From a virus (lineage: Duplodnaviria; Caudoviricetes): a DNA stretch of 32,014 bases. This document shows positions 10,081 to 17,016 of this stretch, in pieces. A program made the translations under genes and the position numbers. The DNA is taken from positions 1 to 32,014 of the IMG/VR virus record IMGVR_UViG_3300005805_000286, one strand, 5' to 3'. Numbering within the stretch: position 1 is the stretch's first letter; every line of letters starts with the position of its first letter. The notes beneath the pieces were generated by a model that made no database searches, had not been told where the DNA came from, and was given only the letters and a program-made list of their open reading frames with translations.

Positions 10081-10980
10081 TTAGAAACCGAAGGTTAGCG
10101 AATAAGTTAGAGCTGCCGCCTTAACCGCAGCAATTTGAGCAGAAACATTGGTGGTATTATCACCTTGAGCAAAAAGTTCCCAATAAGCAGGAGCTGCCTC
10201 TGGATCTCTTGCGCCACCATCTGCAACGGTGTATTCTTGGATATTTATAAATGCACTAGCATTCTTAAATACAACTTCACCAATCTTATAATCAGTAACT
10301 GCACTCCAGGTGCCTCTCCATTTGAGACCCGTTTGCATGAAGTTCCACTTTGTTACATCTGACGAAGGTTTTATATTTGTGCTAGCAGTTATTGCAACAT
10401 ATAATGAACCGCCATATTGAACTACATCACCTGGCTTATATGCAGTTGCTCCTGACCAAGCTCCTTGTGGAGAAAGACCTTTAATTAAAAGACCCCAATC
10501 AGTTGGACTTGATCCAGGTACAACATTAGTATTAATTGTTTTTGCGGTGAATGTGTATCCACCATAGGATACAACATCTCCTTTTTGATATTCAGTTGAA
10601 TTACTCCAAGTATCCTCAAACTTTAATCCTTCTAGATATATTGAGAATTTTGTAGCATCAAATGTGCTACTGGAGGTGTGTTGAGTTGTACAAACATAAA
10701 TCGTGTTACCATAAGTAACAAGGTCATTTAGTTTGTAAAATGTGGTTGCTGCCCAGTTTCCTTTTACTTCGTAACCAGGAACATGAACATTCCATCTTGT
10801 TGGAGATGCTGCAATATCATTAGTATAAAATGCCGCTTCAGATGCGGCAGATGTGTGGTTAGCAGTACAAACATATGTATTGCCCCCAAACTTCACGATA
10901 TCATCAATTTCGTAGGCTGTGGTAGCAGTCCAAGCACCTCTCCAATTAAATTTTAATCTACCTAATCTGAAATCTGCCAT
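10081..10980 (-). CDS. Virion protein with five tandem carbohydrate-binding-like (CBM5/12, ChiA-type) repeats
   Basis: Five copies of (R/K)GxWxxxTxYxxxD(V/I)VxYGGxxY: WRGAWTATTAYEIDDIV, VKGNWAATTFYKLNDLV, FEDTWSNSTEYQKGDVV, PQGAWSGATAYKPGDVV, WRGTWSAVTDYKIGEVV. AGGA SD. Confidence 0.7.
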   Translation of the reverse strand: MADFRLGRLKFNWRGAWTATTAYEIDDIVKFGGNTYVCTANHTSAASEAAFYTNDIAASPTRWNVHVPGYEVKGNWAATTFYKLNDLVTYGNTIYVCTTQHTSSSTFDATKFSIYLEGLKFEDTWSNSTEYQKGDVVSYGGYTFTAKTINTNVVPGSSPTDWGLLIKGLSPQGAWSGATAYKPGDVVQYGGSLYVAITASTNIKPSSDVTKWNFMQTGLKWRGTWSAVTDYKIGEVVFKNASAFINIQEYTVADGGARDPEAAPAYWELFAQGDNTTNVSAQIAAVKAAALTYSLTFGF

Positions 10981-10992
10981 TTTAATTTCCTA

Positions 10993-11367
10993 TTATTTTG
11001 GACCTGAGTATGTGTAGTTCGCATTTAATCGTGCGACCATATAACCATCATCATCAATAAAATATCTCACTTTTTTATTTTCAAATCTATACTGTTGGTA
11101 TTTATCATTGGCATTATTTAAATCGCCCAAACCATTAATATTATTTTTGTCTCTACCAACAGGCACCGCTTCTACATAATCTTCATTCAATGTAGCAAAT
11201 AAATTATCAACTGGTTCATTTCTGACATCAATAACTCCCGCTGATAATGTATCTTCTAAAGTATAAACTAACATGCCATCTGCGGTTCTTTTTAAGGCAT
11301 GAAAATCATATATGTTCGCTGCAGAAGAACTACCTGCATTAATTAAACTACTTAAGTTAATAGACAT
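10993..11367 (-). CDS. Conserved phage hypothetical protein (124 aa), putative fibre adaptor
   Basis: Start revised to the ATG at 11367 (MSINLSSL...), 1 nt after the upstream TAA and preceded by GGAGG. Motifs FHALKRTADGMLVYT and YQQYRFE...YFIDDDGYMVAR. Confidence 0.65.
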   Translation of the reverse strand: MSINLSSLINAGSSSAANIYDFHALKRTADGMLVYTLEDTLSAGVIDVRNEPVDNLFATLNEDYVEAVPVGRDKNNINGLGDLNNANDKYQQYRFENKKVRYFIDDDGYMVARLNANYTYSGPK

Positions 11368-11368
11368 T

Positions 11369-13603
11369 TTAGTATACCCTCCAGTATGATCCTGTCCATA
11401 CAACATCAATGCTTGCACCAGAATAATCGAGAACTAAAGCGTTATCGATAACTCCTGTACTAACTAAAAATGACTTAGTATTTGCATTTATAACAGCGTT
11501 TGCTGTACTCCAAGTATTTGATCCATCGGCTAATCTAATGATATCTCCAATTTTTGGGTTTACTGGTAGAGAAGCACTGACTAATCCATATGATGTATCA
11601 ACAATATAATTTCTATTTGATTCTAGTTGATTTGATAAAGTATTAAATGTTGCTGTTACAAAATACGGAGAAAGAGTGCCAGAAACATTTTTTGTGCCCG
11701 TCATTACAAAATATTCATTTCCGCCAACACTAGCATAATTCAAAGAAGTTGTAGAAATACTAGTTCCAAATTCAAATACGGGTTGATTGAAAAACGCCCA
11801 ATCTTTACCATTGGAAGATCTTAAAGTATTTCCATTGTTATCCATAACCAAATAAGCTTGGGTAATTGGGAAATATTTGAATGATTTAATACTAGTTAAA
11901 TTTGGGGGATTAATTACATAATCTACCCACGTAGATCCATTTGATGATGTTTTGATAGTGACATCATTAGATAATTGATCATCAATTATTGCAATAAATC
12001 CAGTACCATATGATTCTAAATATACTTTTTTAGATCCACCAACGTTTAATCTTGATGTCCAGAAAGTAGTATCTCCAGACGAAGAAATGTTACCTGTACT
12101 TCCCCCAGCAACAAAAACACTATTATTGTATGCGAAAGACGTTATTTCGGATGATAGAGATCCTGATAATGTAAATGTAGTTCCTCCAGTTAATGCATAA
12201 GCAATTTCCCCTGCAGAAGTTCCCAATAATTGAATTCCATTTGCTGCAAAAGTTTTTACAATATTTGAACTATTTTGAAAAGGACCAAAAGCAGACGCCC
12301 AACTATCTCCATTAGATGATGTAATTATCGTATTTGCATCACCACCAGCAAAGAAAAGTGATCCCCCCCAACTTACCGAATTTATATTATTTGGTGTTCC
12401 TGATGTTCTTGCTGACCAAGTAATCAAATCAGATGAAGATGAAATTTTTCCACCATTTGAAACAATAACATGTTTTGGTATGAATGCATTTAAATTAAAT
12501 GCATAATTATTGACAACAGTTTCTGGAGATACTTGTGTATTTCTTTCAGAAAATGTAGAAATATTTGTAGGAATAGCAGCAAGAAATGTCCAACCCACCA
12601 AAGAACCAGCAGTAGATTGAGTAAGAATTTCTTCCCATCTAGTTTCTGATTGGTTATAAATTTTTGGAGCGTTGGTGAAAGTATTGAAAATTAATTGCCC
12701 ATCAGTAGGAGATGCTGGATCAGTTAAAACTGTTAGGTTTAACTTTTCTGGGGTAATTGATCCATTAGCAATTTTAGCATTACTAATTGCTCCAGTTGCA
12801 ACTTTGTCTGCAGTGACAGAATCTGATGCCAGTTTTTCTGTAGTGATATTTAAATCACGAATATGATTAGTTGTTACAGCTCTATCTGCATCTACTAATG
12901 GACTGCTTTTTAGTTTGGATGCATCAACTGCACCACCTGCTAATTTAGCAGTTGTGATATTCAAATCACGAATATGATTAGTTGTTACAGCTCTATCTGC
13001 ATCTACAGTAGAACTTGATTTTAATTTTAAGTTATCAACTGCAGCATCTGCAAGCTTAATAGTTGTTACTGCCGAATCTGCAAGTTTAACAGTTGTAACA
13101 TTAAGATCTCTAATCTTGGCAGTTGTTACTGCTTCAGCTCCAACAGTACCATCAAGTTTAAGGGTAGTAATTGCACCATCACCAACATCAGCTGCAATTA
13201 CTGTGCCTGGAGCAATCTTATCACTTGTAATTGCATTGTCTGCAATCTTTGCTGTAGTTACTGCACTATCTTTAATACTAACTGTAGTAACAGTATCTGT
13301 TCCTGGTTTATTGAGAGAAATTCTATCTCCAAGAATTGCAAAGAAAACAGCACCCTGAGAAGGAGGAATAGCAAAAGTAATTACATTACTTTCGATAGTA
13401 AAATCAACTTTTGGATTTAGTTGACCACCATTTAGTACAGCTTGAAGAAGAAGTTCAGTATCTGGATAAACTGGTTCTTGCTCAATTGTCAAATAAAATT
13501 GAGTTGCTACTCCGTTGAACCCAACACCACCACCAACTCTTTGTAGTGGAGTGTCAATTTTTCTATTATCTGTCCTCGTAGGACTTATACCTAAGTATGG
13601 CAT
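11369..13603 (-). CDS. Tail-fibre-like protein (744 aa): MPYLG N-domain, (A/V)TxxK(I/L)xD repeat shaft, propeller-like head, T4 gp9/gp10/gp34-like C-terminal domain
   Basis: Many ~10-aa repeats (AVTTAKIADN, AITSDKIAPG, VTTVKLADS); SSDxxxW blades (SSSDLITWSAR, TSSNGDSW, SGDTTFWTSR, SSNGSTW, SSNGKDW); C-terminal NYIVDTSYG...SLPVNPKIGDIIRLAD. GGAG SD. Confidence 0.7.
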   Translation of the reverse strand: MPYLGISPTRTDNRKIDTPLQRVGGGVGFNGVATQFYLTIEQEPVYPDTELLLQAVLNGGQLNPKVDFTIESNVITFAIPPSQGAVFFAILGDRISLNKPGTDTVTTVSIKDSAVTTAKIADNAITSDKIAPGTVIAADVGDGAITTLKLDGTVGAEAVTTAKIRDLNVTTVKLADSAVTTIKLADAAVDNLKLKSSSTVDADRAVTTNHIRDLNITTAKLAGGAVDASKLKSSPLVDADRAVTTNHIRDLNITTEKLASDSVTADKVATGAISNAKIANGSITPEKLNLTVLTDPASPTDGQLIFNTFTNAPKIYNQSETRWEEILTQSTAGSLVGWTFLAAIPTNISTFSERNTQVSPETVVNNYAFNLNAFIPKHVIVSNGGKISSSSDLITWSARTSGTPNNINSVSWGGSLFFAGGDANTIITSSNGDSWASAFGPFQNSSNIVKTFAANGIQLLGTSAGEIAYALTGGTTFTLSGSLSSEITSFAYNNSVFVAGGSTGNISSSGDTTFWTSRLNVGGSKKVYLESYGTGFIAIIDDQLSNDVTIKTSSNGSTWVDYVINPPNLTSIKSFKYFPITQAYLVMDNNGNTLRSSNGKDWAFFNQPVFEFGTSISTTSLNYASVGGNEYFVMTGTKNVSGTLSPYFVTATFNTLSNQLESNRNYIVDTSYGLVSASLPVNPKIGDIIRLADGSNTWSTANAVINANTKSFLVSTGVIDNALVLDYSGASIDVVWTGSYWRVY
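12843..13006. repeat. Intragenic direct repeat, two 53-nt copies (one mismatch) 111 nt apart
   Basis: gtgatatt(t/c)aaatcacgaatatgattagttgttacagctctatctgcatctac at 12843-12895 and 12954-13006; encodes VDADRAVTTNHIRDLNIT twice. Confidence 0.9.
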
Positions 13604-13614
13604 GTTACTCCGTA

Positions 13615-13947
13615 TTAATTAGTGATTTCTAAAAAGCTTAATAATACATCCATGCCACCAGCGGTATCACATCTCACTCTAACTTGGTCTCCCACTTCTA
13701 ACACTATCTTTTGACCCGACAAAACTTCAAAAGAAGATCCTGTTGGAATGGGAATATTTTTGATTAAATTAGCATCAGCACCAGATGCTTTATCAATAAT
13801 AACATCAGCAACAATCGAAGAAGTTGCTACACAAGCAAGGTTCATTCCGATAATGATTGATGCTGTATTTGCGGGAACAGTATAAACAGATGTAAAACTT
13901 GTTCCTACGGCTGCACTTACTCTAGATCTAAAGGTATTAGTTGCCAT
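13615..13947 (-). CDS. Small conserved phage beta-sandwich-like virion protein (110 aa), putative fibre adaptor
   Basis: MATNTF...VYTVPANTASIIIGMNLA...LIKNIPIPTGSSFEV..GQKIVLEVGD...DVLLSFLEIT; starts 1 nt after the upstream stop. Confidence 0.65.
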   Translation of the reverse strand: MATNTFRSRVSAAVGTSFTSVYTVPANTASIIIGMNLACVATSSIVADVIIDKASGADANLIKNIPIPTGSSFEVLSGQKIVLEVGDQVRVRCDTAGGMDVLLSFLEITN

Positions 13948-13948
13948 C

Positions 13949-14218
13949 TTATCCTAATGCAATTGATAATGCCAAAACATCTTCAACGAAAACAGGTGTT
14001 ACCCACGATAGATCTCCCGACCCATTCGTTTGCAACACCTGTCTATCTACACCATCATCAGATGGTAGCGTCAATGTATAACTAGCGGAAAGGTTTGCTG
14101 GCGCTCTTAGTGCTACTGAATTATCACCGTTAACTGATAATTCTTGCAACTCTAACTTATTCTGATTTTGTACGACGACGCCGTTTTTTACGACGAACGC
14201 CTTAGCATTCGTTGCCAT
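13949..14218 (-). CDS. Minimal fibre-segment protein (89 aa)
   Basis: N-terminal FVVKNG, one fibre-shaft motif (LRAPANLSASYTLTLPSDDG..QVLQTNGSGDLSW) and a hydrophobic C-terminal VLALSIALG; late promoter upstream. Confidence 0.65.
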   Translation of the reverse strand: MATNAKAFVVKNGVVVQNQNKLELQELSVNGDNSVALRAPANLSASYTLTLPSDDGVDRQVLQTNGSGDLSWVTPVFVEDVLALSIALG

Positions 14219-14257
14219 GAAGGTTCACTCTCCCCTTCCGCTAGATTTTTCTATGTT

Positions 14258-14265
14258 TATTTATA
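14258..14265 (-). promoter_or_regulatory. Late promoter TATAAATA driving the 89-aa to 2615-aa gene run
   Basis: Exact TATAAATA on the - strand, 39 nt upstream of the ATG at 14218. Confidence 0.8.
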
Positions 14266-14283
14266 AGAAAAAAAATCCGAAAA

Positions 14284-14291
14284 CATAAATA
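14284..14291 (+). promoter_or_regulatory. Late promoter (C)ATAAATA driving the + strand cassette
   Basis: CATAAATA 28 nt upstream of the ATG at 14320, followed by AGGA/AGGG SD-like sequences; divergent from the 14258-14265 promoter. Confidence 0.7.
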
Positions 14292-14319
14292 TCTATTAGG
14301 AAAAATATAGGGAAATATA

Positions 14320-17013
14320 ATGCCATCATCAAACCAATTTCCTTGGTCAACCGTTGAAAAAATTGCTGCAAATCTGTTTGTAAACGGATACCACAGTGGC
14401 ATTAGTTTTACTTATGATGCGACAAATGGAAGAGTCAATGCATCAGCAACTGGTGGAGGTGGAGGGGGATCAACACCACCAAGTTTAAGTATCACAACGC
14501 AAGGTGCATCTGGATCAGGAGCATTAGCATACGACAGCAATTCTGGCGTTCTCACTTACACCCCTCCACTACTTACTGGTTATGCAGTAAAAAATGCAGC
14601 AGAGGCATTTTCATCATTAGTTGTTAATACAGGTGTTTCTTCTGCTAGCACTTTAACAAACACTATTACGAATCTTGCTGGAACTGGAGCTCCATCATTT
14701 CCAAATGGATTGAGCACGGGTTCTTTAATAATTAATGGATCTACTGGAGTTGCTGGACAATACTTGACAAGCACTGGAGCAGGTGCTACATGGTCAACAA
14801 TTAGTTTTGTATCGGAAAATAGCTCACCCACTTTTAGCAATGCCACGATTACTGGAAACTTGAATGTATCTGGTACTATTACTACTAATAACTTAACTAC
14901 TCTGAATATTCAAAACAGTCAAATTGTTTTGAATGATAATGTGGTTGGTCAACCAACATCAAATGCAAATGTAGTTGTTAATAGAGGATCGTCTCTTGAT
15001 ACGGAACTTCGTTGGAATGAGTCAAGTGATCGTTGGGAGTTTACTAATGATGGTAATACTTATTTTAATATTCCTGTTCCTACTGACTACAATAACTACA
15101 ACAATCTTTTAAATCGCCCTACAATTCCAGCGGCGCAAGTTTCATCGGATTGGAATGCTGTTACTGGTGTTGCTGCTATTCTAAACAAACCAACTTTGTT
15201 TAGTGGAGCATATGCTGATCTCACTGGTAAACCATCAATTCCATCTTTATTGCAAAATCTTAGCAATGTTTCTACAGCAACTCCAGTAACAGGAAACATT
15301 TTGCGATGGGATGGAACTCAATGGGCACCAGCATCTGCTGGTGGATCTGGTGGCGGTGGTGGTAGCGGAACCATGATTGGTCCAATCACTTCTACTGACA
15401 AAGCAATTGCAAGATTCAATGGAATTAATGGTTTAGAAGTTCAAAATTCGTTGGTAATTATAGGTGATGATGGAAAAATTACTGCTCCTAAAGTTGGTAA
15501 TTTAATTCCTTTCTACTACGCATCACTATCAGAATTTCCAACTGCTTCAATAAATGCTGGTGCTATAGCGTATTCTGAATCTGGTGGTGCTTTATATTAT
15601 TCTCATAATAGTAGTTGGACAAATCAGAGAATTGTTACCACAACAAGTTCAACATCATCTGATCTTCAGACGCTGATTGGAAACTTCCAACAGACATACT
15701 CAACATCTGTGGAAGATTATACTGCAGGAACAACACAGCAAAATGCAGAAAGAAAAAATATTAGATTGTCTGCTTCAGGTGGCGCCACTAGTGATGTTAC
15801 TATTAGAGCAACATCTGGTATTACAATATCCAGAGTTAGCAACGAATTAACTTTAACTGGTAGAGTTTATAATTTTAGTACAGAAACTGCAACTGGCAAC
15901 CAAGTAAAATTAAGATTACAAGAAATTGGGGTTGCTACTACAAACACCGACATCACTTTTGCTGGAGCTGATGGACTTCAGATTGAAAGAACAAATGCAA
16001 CTACAATTACATTTAGAGCACCCGCAAATACAGTAACACAATACACTGACGGCATGGCAAAAGATGCTGCAGCATTGATGTTAATTAATGGTAGTAAAGT
16101 AGGGGTTACCTATACTTATGATAGTGTAAACAAAGTAATTAACACAGTTGTAAGTGGTGGTGGTGGAGGAGGCACAGTTATAACGTATGACTTTCAAGGA
16201 AGAAATACGACAAGCAATAATGCGTTCCTCGATTTAGTTCCAAGTACAGGACTAACAGATAGCGTAGAAATTGCGGGAAGTGCTGGCACTACAGTTAATT
16301 GGGATTCTGGCAATAAGAGAATTACAATTGGTAGTGTTGCTCCTGTTCAGGCAGATTGGAATCAAACCAACAGTGCATCACTTGATTTTATTTTAAATAA
16401 ACCAACAATTCCAACAGCATATACATTACCAATAGCAACTGCATCTGTACTCGGTGGTATTAAAGTAGGTGCAAACCTATCAATCAATCCAGTAACAGGA
16501 GTGCTTGATGCTAATACAGGATCATACACTCTACCAGCTGCAACAGCAAATACTCTTGGTGGTATCAAGATTGGTTCTGGTTTAACGATTGATGGCAACG
16601 GAGTTGTTAGTGCTTCGGTAGCATCGAGTGTTCCTTCAATTCAAGATTTGACAGGAACTACTGCTTCTCTCGCTCCTGACGCAACGGCAGAACTAAATAT
16701 TACAGGATACAAAGCCTATTCGTTATTTAAAATTACTACCACTGCAGAAGCATGGGTTCGTGTTTACACAGATGATGCATCGAGAGATGCTGATGCTACC
16801 AGAAGTGAAGGACAAGACCCTCTTGCTGGCACTGGTGTAATTAGTGAAATCAGAACTGATGGTGTTACAAATACAGTATTAATCAGTCCTGGAATCTTAG
16901 GTTTTAATAATGACAACCCAAGAACGACTACAATTTATCTTTCTGTCACAAACAGAAGCACTTCATCCACCGCAATTACAGTTACTCTAACAGCATTAAA
17001 GATCGGAGAATAA
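14320..17013 (+). CDS. Mosaic tail/head-fibre-like protein (897 aa)
   Basis: Fibre motifs: GQYLTSTGAGATW, LRWNESSDRWEFTNDG, 2x (S/A)DWN...ILNKPT, GNILRWDGTQW, 2x YTLPxATAxxLGGIK(V/I)G, Gly-run hinges, and a C-terminal AWVRVYTDDASRDAD domain. Confidence 0.7.
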   Translation: MPSSNQFPWSTVEKIAANLFVNGYHSGISFTYDATNGRVNASATGGGGGGSTPPSLSITTQGASGSGALAYDSNSGVLTYTPPLLTGYAVKNAAEAFSSLVVNTGVSSASTLTNTITNLAGTGAPSFPNGLSTGSLIINGSTGVAGQYLTSTGAGATWSTISFVSENSSPTFSNATITGNLNVSGTITTNNLTTLNIQNSQIVLNDNVVGQPTSNANVVVNRGSSLDTELRWNESSDRWEFTNDGNTYFNIPVPTDYNNYNNLLNRPTIPAAQVSSDWNAVTGVAAILNKPTLFSGAYADLTGKPSIPSLLQNLSNVSTATPVTGNILRWDGTQWAPASAGGSGGGGGSGTMIGPITSTDKAIARFNGINGLEVQNSLVIIGDDGKITAPKVGNLIPFYYASLSEFPTASINAGAIAYSESGGALYYSHNSSWTNQRIVTTTSSTSSDLQTLIGNFQQTYSTSVEDYTAGTTQQNAERKNIRLSASGGATSDVTIRATSGITISRVSNELTLTGRVYNFSTETATGNQVKLRLQEIGVATTNTDITFAGADGLQIERTNATTITFRAPANTVTQYTDGMAKDAAALMLINGSKVGVTYTYDSVNKVINTVVSGGGGGGTVITYDFQGRNTTSNNAFLDLVPSTGLTDSVEIAGSAGTTVNWDSGNKRITIGSVAPVQADWNQTNSASLDFILNKPTIPTAYTLPIATASVLGGIKVGANLSINPVTGVLDANTGSYTLPAATANTLGGIKIGSGLTIDGNGVVSASVASSVPSIQDLTGTTASLAPDATAELNITGYKAYSLFKITTTAEAWVRVYTDDASRDADATRSEGQDPLAGTGVISEIRTDGVTNTVLISPGILGFNNDNPRTTTIYLSVTNRSTSSTAITVTLTALKIGE

Positions 17014-17016
17014 AAA

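Noticed and set aside
11368-11418. 17-aa N-terminal extension of the 141-aa ORF
   Set aside because: It overlaps the 744-aa gene by 50 nt; the ATG at 11367 has a GGAGG SD and follows the upstream stop by 1 nt.
12843-13006. Repeat pair as a CRISPR array or DGR template/variable repeat
   Set aside because: Only two copies, in frame within a gene, no adenine-specific mismatch pattern on the coding strand beyond one synonymous change, not at a C-terminus, and no reverse transcriptase or cas gene nearby.
13949-14218. 89-aa ORF as a pseudogene fragment of a longer fibre
   Set aside because: It has its own promoter and SD, intact N- and C-terminal motifs, and tight coupling to the next gene.
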